From an uncultured Campylobacter sp. (GTDB taxonomy: Bacteria > Campylobacterota > Campylobacteria > Campylobacterales > Campylobacteraceae): a stretch of 64,000 nt of DNA. Of the stretch, positions 17,345-27,909 are shown in pieces (the first letter of the stretch is position 1; every line of letters begins with the position of its first letter). The stretch covers positions 26,013 to 90,012 of the forward strand of contig CAURGM010000001.1 of the NCBI GenBank assembly GCA_963524395.1. Reading direction: 5' to 3'. Below the pieces are notes generated by a model. It was not told where the DNA came from. It searched no databases and saw nothing but the letters and a program-made list of their open reading frames with translations. The position numbers and the translations under genes were made by a program.

Positions 17345-18405
17345 AGAAATTTTATCGCTTACGACGGATCGCTACCCAAATTTTATCGCCGCAGGATCGG
17401 AGCTTTCGGCTCGCCGTCACCGCAGAATTAGAATTTTATCGCCGCGGTGAGGCGGGACCAAAAATTTTACCTTACCGCGGCGGCGCAAGATCAAAATTTT
17501 ATCTTACCGCAGCGCGCTGCAGCATCGGAATTTTACCTCCTCGCAAGCGGTTAAAATTCTACGCTATAACGAGGGCTGAAATTTTACCGCCGCCGTCAAG
17601 ATTAAAATTTTACCGCTTCAGCAGGGGGGCGGATTTCGCTAACGCGGCAAGCGGTTGGATTTGATCGCCGCGGCAGGAATTAAAATTTTGCTACCGCTGC
17701 AGGGTTAGAATTTCATCGCCCCCTGCGCTACGATGAAATTTGTCCCTTTTGTGAGCGAGACCCTTGCGCCGTCGATTCGCCTGCGCTACGGCTCGCGTGA
17801 AATTTATCCATTCGTCGCGGCTTACGTGGAGATTTTAGAGATCTTGATACGCCCTATTGCGGCGCGAAATTTTATTGTCGCGCCTCGCGGCTAGATTTTG
17901 CTACCATCGCGGGGATCAAAATTTTACCGCCGCGCAACCGTGGCTTGAGCCTGATTTAGCGCCTTTGCGAGTTTTACGACGCGGCCGAATTCTACCGCGC
18001 GCCGTTTTGCGAGGGCACGGACTGCTCGCGGGACGGAAGCTTTGCACTGCGCCCGCTGCTCTACTACGCGATTAAATTTTATCTACGCACCGCTTCAAAT
18101 GCGGCACGGCGTCCATCCGCTTGCCGCGCGATTAAAATTTATCTACGAGCGCGCCGATCGCGACGAGGCGCCGCCTTAAAAATTTATACTCCGCTCCGTA
18201 TCTGCTGCGAAACGGCGCCGAAATTTCAACGCAAAATAGGCGCCATGAAATTTTCGCGCCGTGAGATAAAATTTGCGCCGTTGTGTGACGGCGAGGCGCG
18301 AACCCATCCGCTGCGCGCGCGATTAAATTTAAAATTTTCGCGTTACGGCCGCTAGATAAAATTTCGCGACCATTCAAGAGCGGCGGATGATTAAAATTAA
18401 ACTGC
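17345..18405 (+). repeat. Degenerate array of about 25-28 same-orientation (R)AAATTTTA(Y)C..CGC motifs in a gene desert
   Basis: Motif occurrences read by eye at 17348, 17378, 17432, 17461, 17494, 17528, 17553, 17579, 17604, 17681 ... 18391. Spacing is 22-85 bp. Confidence 0.7.
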
Positions 18406-18446
18406 GCCGCACCGATACGAAGCGGTATGTCGCATAGCCAAAAACC

Positions 18447-18845
18447 CACGCCGTGCAGTAATATAACGAAGCGCGAGCAGCCGGATCCGCACTGCCTCCG
18501 CCACGTAGCGGAGCGCAGTCATTTACATCGCACACGACTTCGTAGCTGAGGTAGCCGGACTTGCGCCGCGCAGTCGCGAACAGCCGGATCCGCGCTGCGT
18601 TGGTGCGTAACAAAGCACTATGCATTAGATCCGCACCGCGCCACTACAAAACGATATACCGTGCAGCCAAATCGGCGCCGCATAGCTGTATGGCAAAACG
18701 CAAGTAGTCCGATTCGATCACGCCCAGCGCGTATCGGAGCACAGTCAAATTTACATTGCGCACGGCTGTGTAGCGGAGGTAGCTGGGTCTGCACCGCGCT
18801 GGCGCGTAACAAAGCACCGTGCATTAGACCCACACCGCGCGCAAT
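18447..18845 (+). repeat. Imperfect two-copy tandem repeat, unit about 200 bp
   Basis: Shared blocks CGGAGC(G/A)CAGTCA..ATTTACAT..GCACACG.., GTAGC.GAGGTAGC.GG and G.GCGTAACAAAGCAC..TGCATTAGA.CC.CACCGCGC occur in both units. Confidence 0.65.
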
Positions 18846-18954
18846 AAAGCTAGCGCTACAAGATCCGCTCCGGCACGGTTTTCAAGATTTGCAACGGCAT
18901 AAAAAGTTACGAAGCTATCGCAATAAATCCGCCCGTGCCGCAGGTGAGCAAAAT

Positions 18955-20493
18955 TTAGTGCAAAAAGTGGCGCACTCCCGTAAAATACATCGCCATGCCG
19001 AACTCGTCGGCACTTGCGATCACCTCATCGTCGCGGATGCTGCCGCCGGGCTGCACCACTGCCGCGACGCCCGCAGCATGGGCGATCTCGATGCTGTCTT
19101 TAAACGGGAAAAACGCCTCGCTGGCAAGCGCGCAGCCGCGCAGATCGACGCCCACGTCGCGCGCCTTTGCCACTGCCGCACGCGCGGCGTCCACGCGGCT
19201 CGTCATACCCATGCCGATCGCGACCATCGCGCGAGCTTTGACGTAAACCACGCAGTTGCTTTTCGTAAGTGCGGCGATCTGCCAGGCGATTTTTAGATCG
19301 TCAAGCTCGCTCTGGCTCGCCGCGCGCCCCGTGACGCAGCGGGCATTTGCGACCTCGCCCGCGCCCACGTAGTCGCGCTGCTGATACACAAAGCCGCCGT
19401 CAATAAATTTAAAATCATACTTGTCGTTTTCGCGAATCAAAAACTCCCCGCCCTGCTCGAAAATTTTAATACGCTTTTTCTTTTCAAATACCGCAAGCGC
19501 TGCGGGCGTGACGCGAGCGGCAAGGATAACTTCGACAAAAATTTCGTTAATTTTATGCGCCAGCTCCTCGTCCAAAACGCCGTTTATCGCCACGACGCCG
19601 CCGTATGCGCTTACGGGGTCGCATTTTAGCGCCTCGGTGTAGCTTTCAAGCAGGCTCCCCTTTACGGCAAAGCCGCATGGATTGGCATGCTTGCAGATCG
19701 CTACCGCAGGCGCCTCCCCGAAGCTGCTAGCGAGCATCAGCGCGCCGTGCATATCGGTCATATTGTTAAAGCTCGCCTCGCCCTTTAGGCTCTTAAAGTG
19801 CTTGCTAAAAAAGTCCTCGAACTCGTACAGAGCGCCCTTTTGATGCGGATTTTCGCCGTAGCGGGTGTCGAATACCTTGCTACCCATGATAAATTTTTTC
19901 GCGCCGAAGCCGCCGTTAAAGCGCTCGTTCATATAGTTTGCGATCATCGCGTCGTAGGCTGCGGTGTGCTCATAAGCTTTTATCATTAAATTTTGCCTAA
20001 ATTTCAGCTTCTCGCTCTCGTCCGCGCTGCTTAAATTTTGCAAAACCGCGTCGTAATCAAGCGGGCTAGTAACGACATATACGCTAGAAAAATTCTTAGC
20101 CGCGCTTCGCACCATAGCGGGGCCGCCGATGTCGATATTTTCGATGATCTCTGAAAAATCGTCGGTGCGGGCTACGGTCGCTTTAAAAGGATATAAATTT
20201 ACGCAGACTAGATCGATGCCGCCGATGTCGTACTGCGCGGCTTGGCTGGCGTGATTTGCGTCGTTTCGCTTATACAAAATTCCGCCGTGGATCTTTGGAT
20301 GCAAGGTCTTAACCCGTCCCTCAAACATCTCGGGCGAGCCCGTGTATTGGCTCACTTCCGCTGCTTTCACGCCATTTTGCAAAAGTAGTTTATGCGTGCC
20401 GCCCGTGCTTAAAATTTCAAATCCGAGCTTCTGTAGCCCGAGAGCAAACTCTACGACGCCCTCTTTATCGCTGACGCTGATTAACGCTCTCAT
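18955..20493 (-). CDS. purH: Bifunctional AICAR transformylase / IMP cyclohydrolase
   Basis: [16 protein letters not shown]...GGTHKLL, a C-terminus of VQPGGSIRD and 512 aa are typical of PurH. Confidence 0.9.
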   Translation of the reverse strand: MRALISVSDKEGVVEFALGLQKLGFEILSTGGTHKLLLQNGVKAAEVSQYTGSPEMFEGRVKTLHPKIHGGILYKRNDANHASQAAQYDIGGIDLVCVNLYPFKATVARTDDFSEIIENIDIGGPAMVRSAAKNFSSVYVVTSPLDYDAVLQNLSSADESEKLKFRQNLMIKAYEHTAAYDAMIANYMNERFNGGFGAKKFIMGSKVFDTRYGENPHQKGALYEFEDFFSKHFKSLKGEASFNNMTDMHGALMLASSFGEAPAVAICKHANPCGFAVKGSLLESYTEALKCDPVSAYGGVVAINGVLDEELAHKINEIFVEVILAARVTPAALAVFEKKKRIKIFEQGGEFLIRENDKYDFKFIDGGFVYQQRDYVGAGEVANARCVTGRAASQSELDDLKIAWQIAALTKSNCVVYVKARAMVAIGMGMTSRVDAARAAVAKARDVGVDLRGCALASEAFFPFKDSIEIAHAAGVAAVVQPGGSIRDDEVIASADEFGMAMYFTGVRHFLH

Positions 20494-20509
20494 CTTTTCT
20501 CCTTTTAAT

Positions 20510-21100
20510 TTATTCGCATAATTTTTTAAAAATCAGCTCGCGCGCGTCGTTTGCGTTAAGCTGAAAATACAAAATCGCCTCGCGGCGAGCCTCTTGATAC
20601 TCGCGTCTCGTCTTTTCATCTGCCGCGCTGAGCTTTGCGCCGTTAAATTTCGCCATGCGCGCCGAACTCAGCTCTTTTAGCCTCTCGCCGCCCGCAGAAA
20701 TGCCGCCGCTATAATTAAACCACTCTTTGCTTTGAAAAATATTAAATAAAATTTGAAAATCTACGAAATTTCCCTTATTATACTCGGCGCAGACCCCGTT
20801 TTTGTGGCTTACGGCGTAGATCGCGCCGTATCTGCGCTCGAAAAAATATAGTTTTATGAGCTTTGCGTTTTTGTCTAAATTTGCGCCGCTACCGCCTAAA
20901 ATCGCAAGCTTCGCATCGCCGCGCGTTTCGTAAGGGCCTAAAATCGCGCCGTTTTCGTAGAGATTGCCGCCGTAAAAAGCGTATTTCGTATCGCCAAGCT
21001 CGCTTGAAAGAACGTAGGTTTTATCGCTTGCAGGCGAGTTTTTGCCAGCGCAGCCGAGCAGCGACAGAGCCAAAAACAGAGATGAGATAAAAAATTTCAT
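20510..21100 (-). CDS. Lipoprotein, paralogue family member A
   Basis: Lipobox LSLLGC. Start set at MKFFISS (21100). Shares the LYENG..LG.Y and HK.G(V/I)C..YN.G.(F/Y)V.F motifs with 23288-23899. Confidence 0.65.
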   Translation of the reverse strand: MKFFISSLFLALSLLGCAGKNSPASDKTYVLSSELGDTKYAFYGGNLYENGAILGPYETRGDAKLAILGGSGANLDKNAKLIKLYFFERRYGAIYAVSHKNGVCAEYNKGNFVDFQILFNIFQSKEWFNYSGGISAGGERLKELSSARMAKFNGAKLSAADEKTRREYQEARREAILYFQLNANDARELIFKKLCE

Positions 21101-21590
21101 CGCGAAAAATCCTTTAAATTTTAAAATTTTGTCTAATTTATGAAGCGGGATCGGCAAAGCGAAATTTGCTAAATTTACCGCATTTACCGCGCGCAAATTT
21201 TAATTTTGCTTTTCAAATACCGCCGCTTTGCTCGCGCGGACGTAAATTTTAAAATTTTGCGCCGCTTGCAAAGGCTAAATTAAAAGCCGCGCGCAAAACG
21301 TAAATTTAAATCGCAGCGTAAGCTTAGCCGAAAAGATCGGCGCGAACCGGCTAAATTTAAAATTTCACGGCGCAGCTTTTATCGCCGAGCTAGGTTGGCG
21401 CCTCCTCTTGCCGCTTTTAAAATTTTAAATTTACCTGCACATCCTATTTTTCCAGCTCGTCCATAAGCGCGGCTACGTCATCGCCTAGAGCTCCATTAGC
21501 GCCGTTTGCCGCTGCTGCTCGTTTAAATTTTGCACGCCGATTTAAATTTTACAAGCCGTAAATTTAAATCGGCACGAAATCCAAACAGCA

Positions 21591-22622
21591 CTAAATATAA
21601 TAGATGCTGTTTTTGATATTTTTGCCGTCGATCTCGTTTTTGCGCCACGAGCTCTCGTCGTTTAGCACGATCCAGCGCTTCTCCTCCTCACGATAAAACC
21701 AATCCTTGTCGATCTGATAATAAATCTGGCATCCCGAAATTTCGATGATATTGGCGATGTTGTTGTCGTGGTAGTTGTTCTCATCGAAGTCGGTGAAGGT
21801 GCGCTGCCCCATCTCGGCGTAGAGCTCGTTTAAAATTTGAAGCATCTCGCTTAGGCGCGTATCCATCTTCTCGACCTGAAGCCCAAGCTCGTTAGCCTCT
21901 CTGAATAAGATCGGATAATCGTGCGACGGATAGCCGCTGTTTAGCTTGTCGCTGATAAAGGCGATCTTTTGCTCATCTTCGAAGTGGTAGCGCAGAATTT
22001 CGCGGCAAATTTTAAGCGACAGGCTGCTTGCGCGATCGACGGCGCCGAAAACGAGCGGATGGATATATTTGTAAAGCTCCTTGTACGGGTTCTCGTCGTT
22101 CGGGCGCTCGTTATTTTTCCAAAGCTTCACCACGCGGCTTAGCTCGTCCATCGAAACGTTGGCTTGATCGTTGGTGTTCGTAACCGGCGAAAGCTCGTGG
22201 CGCAGCGAGGTGTCGACCGACGTGAGGTATCCTAGCGGCCCCATTAAAATTTTATTCGCTCCAAGCGCCATCATCGTAGCCGCCGAAGCGCAGTTTGCCG
22301 GCACCAGCGCGATCAGCTCGTCGCAGTGGTTGCGCAGGATCGAGACGATCTTAAGCGATGCGATGCCGCTGCCGCCGTCAGATTTGATGTAAAGGTAGAG
22401 CTTTTCGAAATGCTTGCCTTTAAGATGGTCGTTGATACTGATCGCGTCGTTGCCGCAAACGCTGCCCGCGCCCGAATTGAAGTAGGTAAGCAGCGGCGCG
22501 CCCAGATATTTCTCGATATTGGTGATCACCTCTTGCGTTTGCTTCATCAAGATCGGCGGTTGCTTCGCCGCCTTTTTAGCGCCCTGCTTCTGCGGCTCCT
22601 CGTCTTTGGATAAAAATCCCAT
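21591..22622 (-). CDS. Clp-fold serine protease, SDH (serine dehydrogenase proteinase)/SppA-like family
   Basis: IKSDGGSGIASLKIVSILR...VPANCASAATMMALGANKILMGP matches the ClpP/SDH_sah nucleophile region. Confidence 0.55.
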   Translation of the reverse strand: MGFLSKDEEPQKQGAKKAAKQPPILMKQTQEVITNIEKYLGAPLLTYFNSGAGSVCGNDAISINDHLKGKHFEKLYLYIKSDGGSGIASLKIVSILRNHCDELIALVPANCASAATMMALGANKILMGPLGYLTSVDTSLRHELSPVTNTNDQANVSMDELSRVVKLWKNNERPNDENPYKELYKYIHPLVFGAVDRASSLSLKICREILRYHFEDEQKIAFISDKLNSGYPSHDYPILFREANELGLQVEKMDTRLSEMLQILNELYAEMGQRTFTDFDENNYHDNNIANIIEISGCQIYYQIDKDWFYREEEKRWIVLNDESSWRKNEIDGKNIKNSIYYI

Positions 22623-22649
22623 GTTTTTCCTTTCGTGTTGGTTTGGTTT

Positions 22650-23273
22650 TTAAAATTTTATCTTACAAATATCGCGCAATTTGTCCCGGTGCCACTCGAT
22701 GCTCTCTTTAACCGTATTGCCTAGAGCCGTATGCGGGCTTTGCAAGAATGCCCTACTATTTTTTAGTCTTGAGCCCACGTACTCATAGCGTGAGATCACG
22801 TTTGCGCTGGAGCTTTGCGACACCGAAGCCGAAAACGAGTATGAATAAAGCGGCGCGGAGGAAGCGTAGCCGCTAAAGTGCTCTTTCAGGCTTACGAATT
22901 TACCCTCCGTAAAGGCCTTGCAAACGCCGCCGCTCGCGGAATACTCGGCGATTCGTAGCTCTTTATTGGGCGTAAAAACGTAGATCGTAAATTTATTTAG
23001 AGCTCTTTGCGAAATTTGATCCTTAGCTACGCCGACTCCTCTTTCGTCCGTAAATAGATAGAGATTGGAGCCCGCCTCTTCGTATTTTCCTAAGATCGCG
23101 TCATCTTTAAAAAGCACGCCGCCTGAAATTTTATACTCTGTGGCGGTCTGCCCGTCATAGCTCATCATCACGGAATTTTCCGGATGCAACTCGGCTTGCG
23201 AATATTTTACCTTCATACAGCCTGCGAGCAGCACGACCGCCGCAAGCAGCGCTAAAATTTTAATTTTATCCAT
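22650..23273 (-). CDS. Lipoprotein, paralogue family member B
   Basis: Lipobox LLAGC. GAGGGAG RBS before ATG 23273. SGGVCKAFTEGKFVSLKEHF is shared with member D. Confidence 0.65.
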   Translation of the reverse strand: MDKIKILALLAAVVLLAGCMKVKYSQAELHPENSVMMSYDGQTATEYKISGGVLFKDDAILGKYEEAGSNLYLFTDERGVGVAKDQISQRALNKFTIYVFTPNKELRIAEYSASGGVCKAFTEGKFVSLKEHFSGYASSAPLYSYSFSASVSQSSSANVISRYEYVGSRLKNSRAFLQSPHTALGNTVKESIEWHRDKLRDICKIKF

Positions 23274-23287
23274 AACTCCCTCGAAGT

Positions 23288-23899
23288 TTATCTGCAAAAA
23301 TCGTCTAAGATCATGGTTTTAAGACCATCGATCGTCTTTTTGAAAAATCCAGCCACAGCCAACTCCTCCGCGATATATTTCGTATCTTTGCGATCGATCG
23401 CTTTTTCAAAATTCATATTTTTATATGCACTCAACGTTTTTGAACTCATATTTTGCACCGAACTCTCGCTTTTTGAAATTTTGCCGTCCGCGTAAAGCCA
23501 ATCGCCGTCTTTGAACATATTTGAAGTATAGTCGAAATTTACGTATCTGCCGGCGTTATAGACGCTGCAAATCCCATCTTTGTGCCAAATGCTAAATACC
23601 ATAGCCCTTTCATCGTTAAAAAGATAGAATTTCATCCGCTTGGCATTCAGCGCGGACTTATAGTTATTGCCGTAAGACTTGCCCGCTTCATCGAGCACAA
23701 GCATCCTAAACTCGCTTCTATCCATAGAATACACGCCCAAGCTTCTGCCGTTTTCATACAGATCCTCGCCCGCAAATTTATAGATCACGGTTTTGTTGCC
23801 GTCGTAAAATTTAAACTCCTTGTCACTCTTAGCGGGGCGCAATATCCCACATCCTCCAAGTAGTGCCGCCAAAACGGCAAAAATTATGAAATTTTTCAT
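23288..23899 (-). CDS. Lipoprotein, paralogue family member C
   Basis: MKNFIIFAVLAALLGGC lipobox. HKDGICSVYNAGRYVNF motif. Confidence 0.7.
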   Translation of the reverse strand: MKNFIIFAVLAALLGGCGILRPAKSDKEFKFYDGNKTVIYKFAGEDLYENGRSLGVYSMDRSEFRMLVLDEAGKSYGNNYKSALNAKRMKFYLFNDERAMVFSIWHKDGICSVYNAGRYVNFDYTSNMFKDGDWLYADGKISKSESSVQNMSSKTLSAYKNMNFEKAIDRKDTKYIAEELAVAGFFKKTIDGLKTMILDDFCR

Positions 23900-23915
23900 T
23901 TATTACTCCTCAAAT

Positions 23916-24557
23916 TTAATCCAACCTTTTAGACTTTTCTCTACAAAGCAGACCAAGAAGCGTAGCACCACTAAGCACGACGGATGCTTGCACATGATCT
24001 GCTACTGTCGAATTTAGTTTTTCTAAAATTTTTTTATCCACATAAGATAACTTTTCATTAGCGAAATCATACCTGGATGAAATTTTCCCCATTCCTTTTC
24101 TTGACATCAAAACATCATAACTATATGCCACGATCGGCTCACCTCGTGAATACATAGTAATATACTCCTTTATATGTACATATTTTCCTGCGGACAATGC
24201 TTTACAAACGCCGTCATTATGGCTAAAAGAGATTACTTTAAGAAATTCGTTCGGAACGAATATTATCTCCGTAATTTTTTTAGAATTATGTTCTTTTATC
24301 GCGCTGGGATCTATATAACCATTTCCCATTTCATCAGTATAAATGTGCGTACCAAGTCCCGGTGCCGTAAGATATTTGCCTAACACTTTGCCATTTTTAT
24401 AGAGTTTTCCATTATGGGCTCGGTATCTGGTGGAAATATTTTTGTCAAAGCTTAACATTGCGATATCTTCCGAGTCGGCAATTCCGTTTTGATCTTTTTT
24501 GCCCGCGCATCCTCCAAGCAGTGCCGCCAAAACGGCAAAAACTATAAAATTTTTCAT
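23916..24557 (-). CDS. Lipoprotein, paralogue family member D
   Basis: MKNFIVFAVLAALLGGC, a signal peptide nearly identical to that of member C. HNDGVCKALSAGKYVHIKEY motif. Confidence 0.7.
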   Translation of the reverse strand: MKNFIVFAVLAALLGGCAGKKDQNGIADSEDIAMLSFDKNISTRYRAHNGKLYKNGKVLGKYLTAPGLGTHIYTDEMGNGYIDPSAIKEHNSKKITEIIFVPNEFLKVISFSHNDGVCKALSAGKYVHIKEYITMYSRGEPIVAYSYDVLMSRKGMGKISSRYDFANEKLSYVDKKILEKLNSTVADHVQASVVLSGATLLGLLCREKSKRLD

Positions 24558-24664
24558 TCATCGCTCCTTAAATTCTAATCTTTCGCCGCACCTTGCCGCC
24601 GTATCGCAATCCACCTCAAAATTTCAAGGCGTTTTGCGCCCTCAAATTTTAAAATTTGCTCGCC

Positions 24665-25648
24665 CTACTTCTCGCCGAAGCGCTCCTTTAAAATTTTATA
24701 CGCCTCGTTGATCTCCTGAAGCTTCTTCGTGCCCTCCTGGATGATCTCCTCGTCCGCGCCCTTGCCCATCAGGATGTCGGGGTGGTATTTTTTCACGAGC
24801 TCGCGATATTTTTTCTTGATCTCGCTAAACGTAGCGTCCTTGGAGAGCCCCAAAATTTCATACGGATCTCTTTTGCCTTTGGCGGAGCTTTGCGAGCCGC
24901 CCGAATAGCCGCCATATCCACTCGAATACCCGCCGCCGTATGAACCGCCCGAACTTTGCGAGCCTCCGTAGCCCGAACCCGTCGTGCCGCCATAGCCGTA
25001 GCCCGTACCGCCGCCGTAACTGCTGCTTCCGTAGCCGCCGGTGCTTCTGCCGCCGTATTTGTCCCAATATCCGCCGCTTCTTGTGCTATAGCCGTCGTAT
25101 TCGTCGTAAGCCGCATCGCTTGGCGCGCCGCCGTTTTCGTAATATGTGCCGTAAAAGCTGCGCTCAAAGGTCGCAAACATCTGACTTTGGATATGCTCGG
25201 GCAAGCCCAATCCATCGCAGATCTGCGAGATTGTGCGCCGCTCTGCCGCGCTAAAACCGCGATCGACGTAGGCTAAATTTAAAAAGAAATAGATTAGCCC
25301 CGTTTTGCGGCTCGGGCTAGGGCGGTAGGTTTGGTTATACTTCTCGGCGAGCTCGCGCACGTTTGCGAGGCTTTCTTTCTCGACTTTGTAAACGAGTTTC
25401 AGCGCCTCTCGCTCGCGCTCGCCGGCGCCCATTTGGCGCACCAAATCGTCCAAAATTTCGCTTATCATCGCGGCTTCGGACTCGCTTACGTGCCCGTCGC
25501 TTTTGGCGACCTTGGCTAGAAGCGCTACTAAAATTTTAGCCTCTCCTAGCTGCATTTGCGCCTTGCCGCGATAGCCCGAGTTGCCGAGAGCCCCGCCGAT
25601 CTGCGCGAAAATATACAGCGCGATTAAAATAAATATGACGCTAAGCAC
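24665..25648 (-). CDS. djlA: DjlA-type membrane co-chaperone (TM + TerB-like domain + G/S/Y-rich linker + C-terminal J domain)
   Basis: N-terminal TM segment. TerB-like [17 protein letters not shown] domain [31 protein letters not shown]. Confidence 0.75.
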   Translation of the reverse strand: MLSVIFILIALYIFAQIGGALGNSGYRGKAQMQLGEAKILVALLAKVAKSDGHVSESEAAMISEILDDLVRQMGAGEREREALKLVYKVEKESLANVRELAEKYNQTYRPSPSRKTGLIYFFLNLAYVDRGFSAAERRTISQICDGLGLPEHIQSQMFATFERSFYGTYYENGGAPSDAAYDEYDGYSTRSGGYWDKYGGRSTGGYGSSSYGGGTGYGYGGTTGSGYGGSQSSGGSYGGGYSSGYGGYSGGSQSSAKGKRDPYEILGLSKDATFSEIKKKYRELVKKYHPDILMGKGADEEIIQEGTKKLQEINEAYKILKERFGEK

Positions 25649-25649
25649 G

Positions 25650-27845
25650 CTAGTCTTCGCTCTTTATGATCTTGGCGAACTCGCCGAAGTAAATTTCTTT
25701 TAGCGCCTTTAGATTTTTGCGGATGGAATTTATGCGAAACTCTTCGCCGCCGCTGACGCCTAGTCGCATCAAGCTTAGCCCGTATTTTGCGGCCAGCTCT
25801 TTAAATTTCGCCTCGTCGCGCACGCCGAAAATCGCGCGCGAAAAGCTCTCGTCGAAAATATCTCTGCTATCGTCACATCTCATCTCAAACTCGCCGCCGA
25901 TACCACCTACGCACGCCATCTTAGCAAGCGTAATCGCCACGCCGCCGATGCCTATGGAGTTTGCAAATTCCAAAACTCCGCTCTTGCCAGCTTCTATCGC
26001 GAAGTCCCACAGAGCGCGCTCTGCTTTTAAATTTAACTCAGGCAGGCTGCCTGCGACGCGGTTTTCTACCGCTTTCATATAAAGCGAGCCCGCAAAAACG
26101 CCCTTCGTATCGCCCGCCAGATAGACGCTTACGCCGCTAGCGCAAAAATCGCTAGGGATGATCTCCCCCTTATTCGTTCCCACGCACACGATCGCGGGAG
26201 TGGGCTGGATGCTAACGCCGCCCGTTTCGTTATATAGGCTTACGTTGCCGCTTACGACGGGGGTATTTAGTGCGGCGCAAGCCTGCTTGATCCCCTCGCA
26301 GCCCTGCGCGAACTGCCACATAACCTCTGGATTTTGCGGATTGCCGTAGTTTAGGCAGTCGGTGATGGCTAGAGGCGTCGCGCCGCTCATAGCGACTTTT
26401 CGTCCCGCTGACGCTACCGCGAGCGCCGCGCCTATGCGAGGATGGACGTAATTCATCCTCGTGTTGCAATCCGCAGCCATCGCGAGCTTGACGCCGTTTT
26501 GCTTAACTCGCATTACCGCAGCGCCCAGCATACCGGGACGCTTGGCGGAGTTTAACCCCACGTTAGCGTCGTATTGATCGTAGATGTAGGATTTATTTAG
26601 CACTTCGGGGTCCTCAAAAATTTTATCAAACGCCGCGTCCAGCTCGCGCTCGCTCGCGCCGCAGCCGCATAAATTTTGCCGCGCGATCTGCGCCATATAT
26701 GCAGGCTCTTTTATCGGGCGATCCAGCACGGGCGCCGCCTCGCTAAGCGGCTCGATCGGGATAACGCCCGCTAGCTCGCCGTGCCAAAAAAGCTCCATCT
26801 TGCCGCTATCCGTCACCTCGCCGATTACGGCGGCATCAAGATCCCATTTGGAAAAAATTTCTTTGATTTTCTCCTCGCAGCCCTTTTTGGCGCAGATCAG
26901 CATACGCTCTTGGCTCTCGCTTAGCATCAGCTCATACGGGCTCATCCCCTCCTCACGCATTGGCACGCGATCCAAATTTAACCTCATGCCGCTGCCGCTG
27001 CGCCCCGCCATCTCAAAGCTGCTTGAAGTAAGCCCCGCAGCGCCCATATCCTGGATGCCTATGACGTAATCTGTTTTAAAAAGCTCCAAGCACGCCTCCA
27101 TCAGCAGCTTTTCGGCGAACGGATCGCCCACCTGCACCGTCGGGCGCAGAGATTTGTTCGCGTCGTTAAAGCTATCGCTCGCCATCACGGCTCCGCCGAG
27201 CCCGTCGCGCCCGGTCTTAGAGCCCACGTAGATCACGCTATTGCCCACGCCTTCGGCCCTGCCGTAGAAAATTTCATCCTTTTTAACGATACCTAGAGCA
27301 AAGGCATTAACCAAAATATTGCCGTCAAAGCTCTTATCGAAGCTCGTCTCGCCGCCGATCGTAGGGATGCCCATGCAGTTGCCGTAGTGAGCGATGCCTG
27401 CAACCGCGCCTTTAAGCAGATAGCGCTGCTTGCGCGCATTCTCGCTTCTTCCACGCACCTCGCCGAAGCGAAGCGAGTTCATATTGGCCTCTACGCGCGC
27501 GCCCATCGTAAAGATATCGCGCAGTATCCCACCCACGCCGGTCGCAGCCCCCTGAAACGGCTCAATGAAGCTAGGGTGGTTGTGGCTTTCCATCTTAAAA
27601 ACCGCAGCCATGCCGCCGCCGATGTCGATTACGCCTGCATTTTCGCCGGGGCCCTGGATAACCCAAGGCGCCTTGGTCGGGAAGCCATTAAGGTATTTTT
27701 TGCTCGATTTGTAGCTACAGTGCTCGCTCCACATCGCGCTAAAAATCCCAAGCTCGAGCAAATTCGGCTCGCGATCTAAAATTTTTAAAATTTTTTCATA
27801 TTCTTCGTCTGAAATTTTATGTGCCGCTATCGTTTTTTTATCCAT
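25650..27845 (-). CDS. purL: Phosphoribosylformylglycinamidine synthase subunit PurL (FGAM synthase II)
   Basis: [24 protein letters not shown] and ESHNHPS motifs. Start set at [16 protein letters not shown]. Confidence 0.9.
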   Translation of the reverse strand: MDKKTIAAHKISDEEYEKILKILDREPNLLELGIFSAMWSEHCSYKSSKKYLNGFPTKAPWVIQGPGENAGVIDIGGGMAAVFKMESHNHPSFIEPFQGAATGVGGILRDIFTMGARVEANMNSLRFGEVRGRSENARKQRYLLKGAVAGIAHYGNCMGIPTIGGETSFDKSFDGNILVNAFALGIVKKDEIFYGRAEGVGNSVIYVGSKTGRDGLGGAVMASDSFNDANKSLRPTVQVGDPFAEKLLMEACLELFKTDYVIGIQDMGAAGLTSSSFEMAGRSGSGMRLNLDRVPMREEGMSPYELMLSESQERMLICAKKGCEEKIKEIFSKWDLDAAVIGEVTDSGKMELFWHGELAGVIPIEPLSEAAPVLDRPIKEPAYMAQIARQNLCGCGASERELDAAFDKIFEDPEVLNKSYIYDQYDANVGLNSAKRPGMLGAAVMRVKQNGVKLAMAADCNTRMNYVHPRIGAALAVASAGRKVAMSGATPLAITDCLNYGNPQNPEVMWQFAQGCEGIKQACAALNTPVVSGNVSLYNETGGVSIQPTPAIVCVGTNKGEIIPSDFCASGVSVYLAGDTKGVFAGSLYMKAVENRVAGSLPELNLKAERALWDFAIEAGKSGVLEFANSIGIGGVAITLAKMACVGGIGGEFEMRCDDSRDIFDESFSRAIFGVRDEAKFKELAAKYGLSLMRLGVSGGEEFRINSIRKNLKALKEIYFGEFAKIIKSED

Positions 27846-27909
27846 TTTTTCGCCCTTTTCGCCGTTAAATTTAGATTCCAATGATAACTAAAATTTTCTA
27901 TCATTTCGA

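Noticed and set aside
17345-18405. Possible CRISPR array
   Set aside because: The repeated core is only about 8-16 nt and degenerate. Spacing varies from 22 to 85 bp. There is no conserved 24-48-nt repeat and no cas genes in the window.
18374-18833. Two adjacent Arg/Ala-rich minus-strand ORFs (83 and 71 aa) as a duplicated gene
   Set aside because: Their similarity is explained by the underlying ~200-bp DNA tandem repeat. They have no RBS and an implausible composition, so they are kept only as a repeat finding.
18661-19296. 211-aa plus-strand ORF, and other long antisense ORFs (e.g. 10209-10682, 24793-25215, 30985-31509, 45113-45583, 54219-54728)
   Set aside because: All lie antisense to, or out of frame within, confidently identified conserved genes. 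They have Arg/Ala/Ser-rich compositions typical of GC-rich shadow ORFs.
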